Numbered from the stretch's first letter, positions 1 through 9,538 are shown. The stretch is DNA of 64,000 bases from an uncultured Collinsella sp. (GCA_902470095.1 CABRFG010000001.1:17235-81234); one strand, 5' to 3'. Program-made: numbers and translations. Notes: a model not told the origin generated them from the letters alone.

Positions 1-72
1 GAACGATACGATCCGAACCATTGTACGCGATACGCCATGTCTCGCACGCGCCGTCACCTGCGAACGTTACCG

Positions 73-1206
73 CTATTTCCAAACGCGCTTGGCAACGCGC
101 TTGACCAGCGCGATCTTTGCCCATTGCTCGTCCTCGGTCAGCTTGTTGCCAATCTCGCAGCTGGCAAAACCGCACTGGGGCGACAGATACAGGTTCTCGA
201 GCGGAACATACTTTGCAGCCTCGTGAATACGCTCGACAATGGCATCCTCGTCCTCAAGCTCAGCGGCCTTGGTGGTCACCAGGCCCAACACGACCTTCTT
301 GCCGGGGGCAACGTACTTGAGCGGCTCAAAGCCACCGGCACGCGGCGTATCGAACTCCAGATAGAACGCATCGACATCCTCATGCGCAAACAGGTACGGC
401 GCGACGGGGTCATAGCCGCCCTCGAAGGCATAGGTAGAGTGGTAGTTACCACGGCACACGTGCGTGTTGATGACCAGGTCGTCGGGCTTACCCTCGATGG
501 CGGCGTTGTTGAGCGCCACGCCCAGCTCGCTTACCTTTTGCAGGTCGACCGGGCTCATGCCGGTCTTGGACACAAAGTCGGTATCGCAGTAGATGCCCCA
601 GGTGCAGTCATCAAACTGGATGTTGCGGCAGCCTGCTGCGTACAGGTCGGCAATCACCGTACGATAAGCGGCTGCAATGGCGTCGGCAAGTTCCTCATCG
701 GTCTTATAGACAGCGCGCAGGCTCTCCTGCTGGCCGTCGCAGCGATCGAGCGTGATCTCAGAGAACGTCTGGATCGGTGCCGGAATGGTTTGCCGTGCGA
801 CCTGGCCCTCCCCCTCAAGCGCCTTGACGAACTTGAAGTGCTCGACGAAGGGGTGGTTCTCGCCGCTGATGGAGCCGGTCACCACGGCGGTATCGGCCGT
901 CGTCTCCTCATCATGGAACATATAACCCGTACGCGAGGTACGGCGCTCAATGCCATTGAGGCCCCACATAAAGTCGAGGTGCCAGTAACTGCGGCGGAAC
1001 TCACCATCGGTAATCACCTGCAGGCCGGCGGCCTTCTGCTTGGCCACCAAATCGCGAATGGCATCGTCCTCGACGGCCTTAAGGCCGGCGGCGTCGAGTG
1101 TGCCCGCGGCATAGGCGGCACGTGCATCCTTAACAGCCTGTGGACGAAGAAAGCTGCCGACGATATCGGCGCGAAACGGCGCGTTCAGCGTGGTTAAAGC
1201 ACTCAT
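73..1206 (-). CDS. cobalamin-independent methionine synthase family protein (short MetE C-terminal-domain type, YxjG/YxjH-like)
   Basis: ORF 73..1266 trimmed to the ATG at 1206, which is preceded by AAGGGAG. The translation (SALTTLNAPFRADIVGSFLRP ... SPQCGFASCEIGNKL) fits the about 375-aa COG0620 MetE-like family. Confidence 0.8.
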   Translation of the reverse strand: MSALTTLNAPFRADIVGSFLRPQAVKDARAAYAAGTLDAAGLKAVEDDAIRDLVAKQKAAGLQVITDGEFRRSYWHLDFMWGLNGIERRTSRTGYMFHDEETTADTAVVTGSISGENHPFVEHFKFVKALEGEGQVARQTIPAPIQTFSEITLDRCDGQQESLRAVYKTDEELADAIAAAYRTVIADLYAAGCRNIQFDDCTWGIYCDTDFVSKTGMSPVDLQKVSELGVALNNAAIEGKPDDLVINTHVCRGNYHSTYAFEGGYDPVAPYLFAHEDVDAFYLEFDTPRAGGFEPLKYVAPGKKVVLGLVTTKAAELEDEDAIVERIHEAAKYVPLENLYLSPQCGFASCEIGNKLTEDEQWAKIALVKRVAKRVWK

Positions 1207-1460
1207 AGATATCTCCCTTTGCATTGGTTGCTTTACTGGGACAAAGTATGAGCGCTCATATGGCAATCGTAAAATATACGTTTATAACAGTTTGATATAG
1301 GAAACTTCTATATTCACACCAACGAATCGTCGAGCCAAGCCATCCCATATCCGCCAGTGCAAATAGCCATTTTCGTGCCCATATGGCACTAGCAGCTCTG
1401 CCCTATCGACCATACGCTTAGTGGCGACCGCACAAGGCCACGCGAGAGATAGGAGCGACC

Positions 1461-2984
1461 ATGACCACGTTTACGACCCCCACGCGCCGCACCGATCGCA
1501 CTACAGGACTCCATTACGCCGAGACCCCCGTGCGTCAGCGCACCGTTCTCACCTGTGGCAGCTGGCGCCGCGTGACCCGCCGCATCGTTTGCGGCCTGAC
1601 CTGTGCACTTACTGTGAGCTCGCTGCTCATGCCGAGCATTTCGTTTGCGGCGGAGCGGGTCGAGGTCGACGGCAACATCTATAACGCCGGTGCCGCGGCC
1701 GGCGACGGCAGCACGTGGGCCTGGGACGGCGCCGACGACATGACACTCAATGGTTATAACGGCGGAGGCATCGCTGCCTACGGCAAGCTCAACGTGAGCT
1801 ACGAGGGCAACAATACGGTTGCCAATGACGAAGGCGACGGCATTTCCGTTGTGGACGGTGCCAATGAGGGCGCCGAGCTCAACATCTCCGGAACGGGCAC
1901 CCTGACGGCAACAGCAGAAGGCAACGCCTTGTATTCCGAGGGCGATATGACGATCAGCGGAACAGGAACTGTCACCGCCAAGGGCGCGGGCGCCGAGGGC
2001 ATCCTTGCCGACGGCGACATAACCATAACCGGCGGCGGCACAGTCGACGCACGCTCCGAGCAGGACTGCGGCATCGTCGCCGAAGAAACCCTCACGGTAT
2101 CCAACAGCACGCTAACCGCTCAGGGATTCGGCAGCGGCATATATGCCTTCGATGGCCTGACCATTGATGCGGCGACCGTACGAGCGTATGCATACCCAGC
2201 GCGCGAAGATAGCCCCACCGCCATCTTCACCGACGAGGGCGACATCACCATTAAAAACGGCTCATTCGTTCACGCCTATGCCGAGGGTGAAAACGCCTCA
2301 GGAATCTACTCGTACAATCACGACACCGACAGCCCCGGCGGGCGCATCTTTATCAGCGACTCGACCGTCGAGGCCATTGCCCACTACATCAACCACGATG
2401 GAGGCAACCAGCCCCTACCGCCCATCGGCAATGGCGACATTGTCGTAGTTGACCCAGACGTGAACGCTCGTACGTATGGCATCTTCGCGCTCACCGAGGA
2501 TGGCCTAACGCCTGCAACCATCTCCATCACACGCAGCCGCGTAACAGCAGAGGGCGACACCGCCGCCATCTTGGCCGTGGTGAATAGTGCAGACGGCAGC
2601 ATTGCCGGAACGATCAATATCGTCGACAGCATTATCGAAACACCTAACGGTGGACGCATTTGCGACGTGCGCTTCGTTGACACCAATCCCGTCGATGCCC
2701 CCTACCAGCGCGGCCAGACGATCGGCACCGCCAATGATGTCATCACGGATCTGGACAGCGACGCCATCGCCAAGCGCGCCGTCATCGTTCCGGTGGATAC
2801 GCCCCCGGCGAAGCCCGAGTCGAAGCCTAAGGTAACGACCGCCGCCGCGACCATCAAGCATGTCGACACCAAGGGCACGCTCGCGGCCACGGGTGACGCT
2901 TCCGCCATGGGCGCCGTCGCCGCTGCCATCACAGGCGTGGCAGCCGTCGTCGCCGGCATCTTTACCAGTCGCAAGCGCTCGTAA
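1461..2984 (+). CDS. cell-wall-anchored surface protein with beta-helix-like Gly/Thr/Asp repeats and an LAxTG sorting signal
   Basis: AGGAG lies before the ATG. The N-terminus is signal-peptide-like (RRIVCGLTCALTVSSLLMPSISFAAE). Repeated ISGTGTLTATAEG / ISGTGTVTAKGAG / ITGGGTVDARSE units are present. The C-terminus has LAATG, a hydrophobic segment and an SRKRS tail. Confidence 0.75.
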   Translation: MTTFTTPTRRTDRTTGLHYAETPVRQRTVLTCGSWRRVTRRIVCGLTCALTVSSLLMPSISFAAERVEVDGNIYNAGAAAGDGSTWAWDGADDMTLNGYNGGGIAAYGKLNVSYEGNNTVANDEGDGISVVDGANEGAELNISGTGTLTATAEGNALYSEGDMTISGTGTVTAKGAGAEGILADGDITITGGGTVDARSEQDCGIVAEETLTVSNSTLTAQGFGSGIYAFDGLTIDAATVRAYAYPAREDSPTAIFTDEGDITIKNGSFVHAYAEGENASGIYSYNHDTDSPGGRIFISDSTVEAIAHYINHDGGNQPLPPIGNGDIVVVDPDVNARTYGIFALTEDGLTPATISITRSRVTAEGDTAAILAVVNSADGSIAGTINIVDSIIETPNGGRICDVRFVDTNPVDAPYQRGQTIGTANDVITDLDSDAIAKRAVIVPVDTPPAKPESKPKVTTAAATIKHVDTKGTLAATGDASAMGAVAAAITGVAAVVAGIFTSRKRS

Positions 2985-3127
2985 CTCCAAGTCTCGTGAC
3001 GCTCGATCAATTCGGGCGCGCACCGTCCCATGGTAAGCGGCCGCCGGACCTCCCACCGGCGGCCGCGCCTCGTTTGAACGACCCCGCTTCAATTATTCGT
3101 CCAAAACAGGCGCACCCGCCCAGTCGC

Positions 3128-4165
3128 CTACAGCAATACAAACTGCTTCAGCGCGGCGCGACTCGTTATGCCCAGCTTGGCGTAGGTGTTCGACAGGCGA
3201 TTCTTTACCGTGCCACGCGAGATACCCATGTGAGCGGCAATCTCATCGTTGGTCCAGCCGCGACAGGCCAGCATAGCGATGGCGAACTCCGTCGTGGTCA
3301 GGCTCTCGGCAACGGTGGCGCCCGTCCCCGGATTATGCACACGACGCCAACCGCGACTAAACCGCTCGGTAACTTTGATGATCTCCGCGAACTCCTGCGG
3401 ATGGCCCTTCTTTAGGCATGACTCCAACACGCCCTGCAAAAGCCCGTGATGCTCTCCGACGATTTCAATCAGGCCATCGGGCTGTGCAATCTGCCAGGCA
3501 CGCATAAAATGAGCGTTCGCGCGGTCAGCTTCGCGCTGGTTAATCCACCCAACGGCGGCAATCAGGTGCAAGAAGACCTCAGGGACGGGATAGCTCTCCT
3601 GCTTCATCGACAAGGCGTTCTCCGCCATACCCACGCAGCGCCCGTAATCGCCGTCGAGGTAGGCACGGTGCGCCAGCGCATAGGTTGCAAACAGGCGCAG
3701 CCCCTCGGGCAGCAGTGATGCATACAAATCGAATTTGCCGCGTGACACCGGCGAGGGAAAATGCAGCAGCACACAGGCGCTCGCCGCAAGCAGCATATAT
3801 GAGGCCTGGGCGCGTGGATCCCTTGTCGCACTTTGACCCTTCCCTGTTTCCTTGAGATACGCAAGGCAGCGGCGCGCCGCCAATGCGCGATTCAGTGACA
3901 GATTTGCATAGGCGCACAACAGGCATGCCGAAAGACGGAGCGAAAGGTCATCCGATAGTAAGTACGGCTCCGCTAGGCGTCGTGCCTCATCGGGGCAAGC
4001 GCGATAGTAGTGCGCCTCGGCACGCGCGATAACGCCATAGTCATCTTTGAGCATCACGTCGAGGGTTTTGTCGAGCGTTCCGGGCTCAAACGCCGCGCAC
4101 ATAAGCGGCATGGGGAAACGCCAGCTGTCGGTATATATCCGATCCACGGCGACCTCCCCTCGCAT
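3128..4165 (-). CDS. LuxR-family transcriptional regulator (C-terminal HTH)
   Basis: The C-terminus LTTTEFAIAMLACRGWTNDEIAAHMGISRGTVKNRLSNTYAKLGI is a LuxR/GerE-type HTH. The N-terminal about 270 aa is a helical-repeat-like sensor region. The start codon is not well supported by an RBS. Confidence 0.75.
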   Translation of the reverse strand: MRGEVAVDRIYTDSWRFPMPLMCAAFEPGTLDKTLDVMLKDDYGVIARAEAHYYRACPDEARRLAEPYLLSDDLSLRLSACLLCAYANLSLNRALAARRCLAYLKETGKGQSATRDPRAQASYMLLAASACVLLHFPSPVSRGKFDLYASLLPEGLRLFATYALAHRAYLDGDYGRCVGMAENALSMKQESYPVPEVFLHLIAAVGWINQREADRANAHFMRAWQIAQPDGLIEIVGEHHGLLQGVLESCLKKGHPQEFAEIIKVTERFSRGWRRVHNPGTGATVAESLTTTEFAIAMLACRGWTNDEIAAHMGISRGTVKNRLSNTYAKLGITSRAALKQFVLL

Positions 4166-4296
4166 AGCGGCTCACTTTGATGGTAATGCGAGGGGGCAAC
4201 GGTTAATGGGACATGTGGCTCGAAATACAGCCTCATCCTGGGACGTACGCGGTAAATCGAACGGTGCCAAGTTTAAATGCGGCGCCGCTCAAAAGG

Positions 4297-5193
4297 CTAA
4301 ATATGCTGGCGGATCGCGTCGATATAGGCTTGGCCGTAGCGCGTGAGTGTCGTGTTCTTGCGCGTGATGATGCCGATCTCCATGTACTCGTCTACATCGA
4401 GCGGAATCGAGATGATGCCGGGACCGTTGAGCTCGTGACTGATCACGCCTGAGCATACCGTGTAGCCGTTGAGGCCCATGGCAAGGTTGAACAACGTCGC
4501 ACGGTCGCGCACACGGATATTCTTGCGGCGCTCAAACGTCGAAGTCAGTTCCTCGGAATAGTAAAACGAGTTGTAGCTGCCCTGCTCGTAGGACAGGAAG
4601 GGATAGTCCTCCAGGTCCTCGAGCGTCACGCTGGAGCGGCCCGCCAGCGGATGGTCGGCGCACACGAAGACATGCGGCGTGGCACAGAAGAGCCCTTCGA
4701 ACACGAGCTCGTTGGCCGCCAGCATGCGCTCGATGACCTCGCGATTGTGCTCGGACAGGTACAAGATGCCCAGCTCGCTTTTCATGTGCGCGACGTCCTC
4801 GATAATCTCGTGAGTCTGCTCCTCGCGCAGGGTAAAGTCGTAGCGCGCGGCATCGAACTCGCGGATCACATCGACAAACGCATTAACGGCAAAGGAATAA
4901 TGCTGGCAGCTCACACTAAAGTGCGGCACTTGCTCGGACGCGCCCTTGTACTTGCCTTCGAGCAGATCGGCCTGGTCGAGCACCTGTCGCGCGTAGCCCA
5001 AGAAGGTCTCGCCCTCCTCGGACACAATGACACCCTTGTTGGTGCGCTCAAAGATGTGCACACCCATCTCGTTTTCGAGATCGCGGATCGACGCGGTAAT
5101 CGAAGGCTGCGACACAAAGAGCCGGCGCGAGGCCTCGGTGATGCTGCCGCATTCGGCAACTTTGACGACATATCTGAGCTGCTGAAGCTTCAT
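4297..5193 (-). CDS. LysR-family transcriptional regulator
   Basis: Track ORF 4297..5400 trimmed to the ATG at 5193, which is preceded by GGGAGGG. The N-terminus MKLQQLRYVVKVAECGSITEASRRLFVSQPSITASIRDLE is a typical LysR HTH. The longer ORF would overlap the upstream HAD gene. Confidence 0.85.
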   Translation of the reverse strand: MKLQQLRYVVKVAECGSITEASRRLFVSQPSITASIRDLENEMGVHIFERTNKGVIVSEEGETFLGYARQVLDQADLLEGKYKGASEQVPHFSVSCQHYSFAVNAFVDVIREFDAARYDFTLREEQTHEIIEDVAHMKSELGILYLSEHNREVIERMLAANELVFEGLFCATPHVFVCADHPLAGRSSVTLEDLEDYPFLSYEQGSYNSFYYSEELTSTFERRKNIRVRDRATLFNLAMGLNGYTVCSGVISHELNGPGIISIPLDVDEYMEIGIITRKNTTLTRYGQAYIDAIRQHI

Positions 5194-5203
5194 AGCGCCC
5201 TCC

Positions 5204-6112
5204 CTAGACGTTCGTGACGCCAAGACCCGCCGCGTCCATCTGACGCATAAACGGCGGCATCTCCCCCGTCGCGGCACAGGCGGCAATCTGATGCAGAGCC
5301 CCGGCAACCGCATCGTCTGCCGCAGCGCCGATATGCCAGCGCGCGGCAGACGCGACGGCCTCGTTGGCATTGGCGACTGCAACGGAGTTGGGAACGGCAT
5401 CGATCATGGGCAGATCGTTATCGGAATCACCGAATACGGCCACCTCGTCGAGCGTCAGGTCCAAAGCGCGCGCCAGCTCCAGCGCGGCGCAACCCTTGTC
5501 CCAACCTGCTGGAAGGATGTCGAACAGGCGCACACGATTGTTGGGAAACACGAGTGAGAGCTCCGGTACCTCAGCGGCAACGCGCTCACGTAGCTCCGCG
5601 AGCTCCTCACGCGAGCGGGCGCTCCAGATATTCGCCTTGAACACCGGCGCGTCGTCGACAACGGGACGGCACGGAGCCTCTTCGCCTTTGAGCCATGCGT
5701 TGCCGCCCGACTCCATGGCGCGACGCACGCGCTCGGGGTCGCTCGTCACGCAATAGGCATCGTTATCCCAAAAGTCGTCACCCAGGCTGTAGACCTTTAG
5801 ATAGGTATCGTCGGTCTCTTGCTCCAGATAGTCGGCCAAACGCATCAGAGCATCGTTGTCGATTGCGTGCGAGGCGACTACTTCGCCGCCGACAAACATC
5901 ACCTGGCCGTTACAGAACGCGCCAGTCGAAAAACACTCGGAACGATTTTTGAACATCCAGCCCATCGCGGACGGCTGACGACCCGAAACCGGGCCAAAGT
6001 GTAGACCCGCCGCCTGCATGGCATGAATACCCTCGATGGCGTAGTCGCTGGCGCCGTCATGCCCGGCCGGAATCAGCGTATCGTCCATATCGGTCAGCAC
6101 AAGTTTGATCAT
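5204..6112 (-). CDS. Cof-type HAD-IIB family hydrolase
   Basis: Motif I is LTDMDDTL and motif IV is FGDSDNDLPMI. The length is about 300 aa. Confidence 0.8.
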   Translation of the reverse strand: MIKLVLTDMDDTLIPAGHDGASDYAIEGIHAMQAAGLHFGPVSGRQPSAMGWMFKNRSECFSTGAFCNGQVMFVGGEVVASHAIDNDALMRLADYLEQETDDTYLKVYSLGDDFWDNDAYCVTSDPERVRRAMESGGNAWLKGEEAPCRPVVDDAPVFKANIWSARSREELAELRERVAAEVPELSLVFPNNRVRLFDILPAGWDKGCAALELARALDLTLDEVAVFGDSDNDLPMIDAVPNSVAVANANEAVASAARWHIGAAADDAVAGALHQIAACAATGEMPPFMRQMDAAGLGVTNV

Positions 6113-6150
6113 GAGGTCCCCATTCGTATCGGTCCTACCTATTGTAACGA

Positions 6151-6185
6151 CCTGCCAAAATAAACCTGTCCCTTTTTGGCAGGTG
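6151..6185. repeat. hairpin-forming repeat; its 30-nt core is identical to a second copy at 30677..30706
   Basis: The core CCAAAATAAACCTGTCCCTTTTTGGCAGGT occurs at 6155..6184 and 30677..30706. The stem is ACCTGCCAAAA / TTTTGGCAGGT. Confidence 0.7.
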
Positions 6186-6210
6186 CGTTAGTATAGGGAA
6201 CAACAGATTC

Positions 6211-6304
6211 GATGCGGGAGTGCCGACGGTGCAAACCACAAGGCTGAGAGGGCATAGGGCCCAATCCTTTGAACCTGTCAGTTAATGCTGGCGTAGGGAG
6301 CATG
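6211..6304 (+). promoter_or_regulatory. TPP (THI-box) riboswitch aptamer
   Basis: Contains the conserved GGCTGAGAGG ... CCTTTGAACCTGTCAGTTAATGCTGGCGTAGGGA core, directly upstream of thiM. Confidence 0.85.
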
Positions 6305-6315
6305 CCGCCTTTGCA

Positions 6316-6345
6316 GGGGCGCTGTCTATGCACAGCGCCCCTTTT
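6316..6345 (+). terminator. intrinsic terminator (riboswitch expression platform)
   Basis: GGGGCGCTGT / ACAGCGCCCC forms a 10-bp stem with a 6-nt loop, followed by TTTT. It lies between the aptamer and the thiM RBS. Confidence 0.8.
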
Positions 6346-6367
6346 CTATGCCAAGGAGGCATGTGCA

Positions 6368-7207
6368 GTGATTGATTCGGAACAGCTTAAGCAAAATGTG
6401 GTCAAGGCCGTGGATGAGATTCGCGCCACCAATCCAATGGCCGGCTCCATCACCAACACGGTGACGATTGACTTTGTCGCCAACGCGCAGCTCGCCGTAG
6501 GCGGTTCGGCCGCCATGGTCTATCTGCCCGACGAGGGCGAGGCGCTCGTTGCCGGCGGCGGCGCCATCTATCTCAACATGGGCACGCTCTTCCCCATCTA
6601 CGAGCAGACGATTCCCCGCGCGGCCAAGGCGGCACACGACGCCGGCAAGCCCTGGGTGCTCGATCCGGTAGGTCTGGGCATCGGTAGCCTGCGCACCCAG
6701 CTGGTAAACGAGCTCAAGCAGTACAAGCCCGCCATCGTGCGCGGCAACGCCTCCGAGATCATCGCGCTCGCCGGCCTGTGGGGTCTTGAGGGCGAGGCGG
6801 CTGATCTGAGCCGCGTGCGCGGTGTCGATACCACCGACACGGTCGACGCCGCCCGCGATGCCGCCGTGGCGCTCGCCCGCTACACCGGCGGCGCCATAGT
6901 GGTCTCGGGCGAAGTCGACCTAATCACCGACGGCATAACCGTGGCCAAGTCCCACGGCGGCAGCCCGCTCATGTCCAAGATCACCGGTTGCGGCTGCTCG
7001 CAGGGCGGCGTGCTGGCCGTGTATGCCTGCGCCGCCGACCCGTTTACGGCAGCCGTCTGCGGCACCGCCGTCTACAACGTTGCCGGCACGCGTGCCGCCG
7101 CTGTCGCCGATGCCCCGGCAAGCTTTAAGGTCGCCTTTATCGACGAGCTCTACCGCGCAACCGCCCAGGATATTGCCGACAACCGACTCGAGCTCGAGGA
7201 GGCATAA
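6368..7207 (+). CDS. thiM: hydroxyethylthiazole kinase
   Basis: Track ORF 6269..7207 trimmed to the GTG at 6368, 8 nt after AAGGAGG; the longer ORF would run through the riboswitch. The translation (NPMAGSITNTVTIDFVANAQLAVGGSAAM ...) is ThiM-like. Confidence 0.85.
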   Translation: MIDSEQLKQNVVKAVDEIRATNPMAGSITNTVTIDFVANAQLAVGGSAAMVYLPDEGEALVAGGGAIYLNMGTLFPIYEQTIPRAAKAAHDAGKPWVLDPVGLGIGSLRTQLVNELKQYKPAIVRGNASEIIALAGLWGLEGEAADLSRVRGVDTTDTVDAARDAAVALARYTGGAIVVSGEVDLITDGITVAKSHGGSPLMSKITGCGCSQGGVLAVYACAADPFTAAVCGTAVYNVAGTRAAAVADAPASFKVAFIDELYRATAQDIADNRLELEEA

Positions 7208-7210
7208 GCC

Positions 7211-7552
7211 ATGTCCGAACCCGCAACCAATGCCGGCATGAACACACTCGTCGCCGTGGCCATCGCCCCGTGCGGCACCGGCGACGAGCTGTCCGCCGAG
7301 GTCGCCGAGGTCGTGCGCGTCATTCGCGAGAGCGGCCTTCCCAACCGCACCACCTCGATGTTCACCGAGATCGAGGGCGACTGGGACGAGGTCATGCAGG
7401 TCGTGCGCGACGCGACCTTTGTGTTGGCAAGCAAGGGCATCCGCACCGAAGTCGTGCTCAAAGCCGATATTCGACCCGGATTTACCGACACCATGACCGG
7501 CAAACTTGAGCGCATGGAAGCGCAGATCAAGAAGCAGGAGGAAGCACGATGA
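7211..7552 (+). CDS. MTH1187/YkoF-type thiamine-binding family protein
   Basis: 113 aa. The pattern LVAVAIAPCGTGDELSAEVAEVV ... MFTEIEGDWDEVMQVV ... fits the family. It sits between thiM and thiE and overlaps the thiE start by ATGA. Confidence 0.7.
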   Translation: MSEPATNAGMNTLVAVAIAPCGTGDELSAEVAEVVRVIRESGLPNRTTSMFTEIEGDWDEVMQVVRDATFVLASKGIRTEVVLKADIRPGFTDTMTGKLERMEAQIKKQEEAR

Positions 7553-8244
7553 GTATCCGCGACAACCTTGATATCTCGGCCTATCTGGTACTCGGCCCCG
7601 AAAACACCCTCGGGCGCCCCGTGGGCGATGTAGTGACCCAGGCGCTCGACGCCGGCTTTACCTGCATTCAGGTGCGCTCCAAGGTGGCAAGTGCCCGCGA
7701 GATCATTGCGCTGACGGGCGACGCCGCGCAGGCCATCGCTCAGGCCGGCAAGACCGGTCAGGTCGCCCTGTTAATCGATGACCGCCTTGACTGCGTGCTC
7801 GCCGCGCGCGAGCAGGGCATTGCTGTCGACGGCGTGCACGTGGGCCAGAGCGATATTCCCGTCGAAGTCTGCCGCAAACTTTTGGGCCCCGATGCCATCG
7901 TGGGCCTTTCGGCCCGCTGCGAGGAGATGCTCGAGTACGTCAAAACCGCCGACATGAGCCTGGTCGACTATCTTGGCATCGGCCCGCTCCACGAGACCGA
8001 GACCAAGCGCGACTGCGGACGCGCGGCCGACGGCTCTATCATTACCAAGAGCTTTGAGGACCTGGCCGCACTCCACGCAGCAAGCCCCGTGCCCATCGTG
8101 GTGGGCGGCGGCGTCAAGACGGCCGACCTGCCGCAGCTCAAGGCCACCGGCGTCGACGGCTTTTTCGTGGTGAGCGCCGTCTGCAGTGCCGACGACCCCC
8201 ACGCCGCGGCCAAGGAGCTCGTCGACACCTGGCAGCAGGCATAG
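7549..8244 (+). CDS. thiE: thiamine-phosphate synthase
   Basis: 231 aa, ThiE-like (YLVLGPEN ... IQVRSK ... DGVHVGQSD ... IVVGGGV). Last gene of the riboswitch-controlled operon. Confidence 0.85.
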   Translation: MSIRDNLDISAYLVLGPENTLGRPVGDVVTQALDAGFTCIQVRSKVASAREIIALTGDAAQAIAQAGKTGQVALLIDDRLDCVLAAREQGIAVDGVHVGQSDIPVEVCRKLLGPDAIVGLSARCEEMLEYVKTADMSLVDYLGIGPLHETETKRDCGRAADGSIITKSFEDLAALHAASPVPIVVGGGVKTADLPQLKATGVDGFFVVSAVCSADDPHAAAKELVDTWQQA

Positions 8245-8286
8245 ACATAAGCCGAGCAGCTGATTCGCAGCCTCATATCTTCAGCA

Positions 8287-8336
8287 GCGGAAAGCGCATC
8301 CCAGTTTGGGCCCCCATTCCGAGATGCGCTTTCCGC
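8287..8336. terminator. hairpin between convergent thiE and the patatin gene (candidate bidirectional terminator)
   Basis: GCGGAAAGCGCATC / GATGCGCTTTCCGC form perfect 14-nt arms around a 22-nt loop. There is no clear U-tract. Confidence 0.45.
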
Positions 8337-8345
8337 ATGCGACCC

Positions 8346-9299
8346 TTACCCCGCCAGATACGCTTTCAACGCCGGCAAAGTCGCCTCCGCATCGTGGCGG
8401 CCGATCTGGTAGATGCGCTCGAGCTCATCGGGCTCGCGGCACAGCGACGGCACCTTCACCGATTCACTCGGACGCACCACAAAAATTTCGCCGGCAGCCT
8501 CGCGACGTGCCAGGTCATCGAGCGTGGCATTGTAGACCTCATGCCGATGCTCAAGCGCTGCGACAAACTCCGGGTAGTGACGGAACACGCGCCGCAGCAT
8601 GGGCATCACGCTGTTGGGCTGCTTCACAAAGCCCACCGGCTGCGTGAGTACCACGATATTGCGGTCATACCCCTGCGCAAACAACCAAGCACTGGGAATG
8701 GAATCAGCCACGCCGCCATCCAGGTACTTACGGCCCTCAATGGCGACAGGACGCGTCGCCACGGGAATTGCCGACGACGCCCGGATCCACTCGATATCCC
8801 TCTCGTCGCCATACGGCAGATCGTGGTAGACGGCCTTGCCCGTCTCGATATCGGTACACACGCACGTAAACCGCATGGGGCAGGCGCGATACGCCTCCAA
8901 GTCGATGGGATCGCGCTCGATGGGCACCTCGTGATAGGCAAAATCCGCATTGAACATATCGCCGGTTCGCAGCCAGCTGGCCACGCCTGCATAGCGCTTG
9001 TCGGCACAATAGGTCTTGTTGTAGCGAATGGCGCGGCCGATCTGGCGCGATTTAAAGTTGTAGCCAAACGCCGCGCCCGCCGAGACACCCACCATATGGT
9101 CGCAGGTCAAACCGTGCTCCATCCAAACGTCGAGCACGCCCGCCGTATACATACCGCGGTAGCCGCCTCCCTCGAGCGCGAGTCCCACCGTGCGCGTCGT
9201 ATCCGGCTGTGCCATGCGACCATCTCCGTTCCTGCGTTTCAAAACGGGACAAGTATACCCGTCAACATATATCGTCTCAGTCGCATTTTTATCGGACAT
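8346..9299 (-). CDS. patatin-like phospholipase family protein
   Basis: Has the GLALEGGGYRGMYTAGVLD oxyanion motif, the GVSAGA serine motif and DGG near the C-terminal half. It resembles the YjjU/COG4667 type. Confidence 0.8.
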   Translation of the reverse strand: MSDKNATETIYVDGYTCPVLKRRNGDGRMAQPDTTRTVGLALEGGGYRGMYTAGVLDVWMEHGLTCDHMVGVSAGAAFGYNFKSRQIGRAIRYNKTYCADKRYAGVASWLRTGDMFNADFAYHEVPIERDPIDLEAYRACPMRFTCVCTDIETGKAVYHDLPYGDERDIEWIRASSAIPVATRPVAIEGRKYLDGGVADSIPSAWLFAQGYDRNIVVLTQPVGFVKQPNSVMPMLRRVFRHYPEFVAALEHRHEVYNATLDDLARREAAGEIFVVRPSESVKVPSLCREPDELERIYQIGRHDAEATLPALKAYLAG

Positions 9300-9538
9300 C
9301 GCATCGTCGCGCTGCCGTTTGTCGAATAATGGCCGCCCGCAGCATGTGCACCCATATATAATTGTGTGCTGTTGTTTATACTACGCAGTAGTTATCAACA
9401 GCGAACATTAGCCGGTAAAGTAACCCAACAACGCAGCGAGGCGGGGGCCTGGATACACGCAAAGCGCCGAACATCAACGCGTGTGCACAACGAGCTCGCC
9501 CGACGCAATTCGCCCGACCTCAGAAAGCCGCTTACGAC

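Noticed and set aside
37-1197. 386-aa ORF on the plus strand covering the whole MetE-like gene
   Set aside because: It is antisense to a well-supported gene. The translation is Arg/Leu/Gly/Ala-rich with no motifs, typical of shadow ORFs in high-GC DNA.
1207-1460. Possible SAM or other riboswitch upstream of the MetE-like gene
   Set aside because: I found no SAM-I, SAM-IV or cobalamin core motifs. Only short palindromes are present (TATGAGCGCTCATA at about 1247..1260, and a repeated CATATGGCA). These could be operator sites but are too weak to call.
4297-5400. Long N-terminal extensions offered by the track. Examples: the LysR gene to 5400, the UvrA paralog to 24756, the flavodoxin-like gene from 13928, trmL from 16269, prfC to 39153
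   Set aside because: In each case an internal start with a good Shine-Dalgarno sequence coincides with the family-typical N-terminus. The extension is Arg/Pro-rich or overlaps the neighbouring gene.
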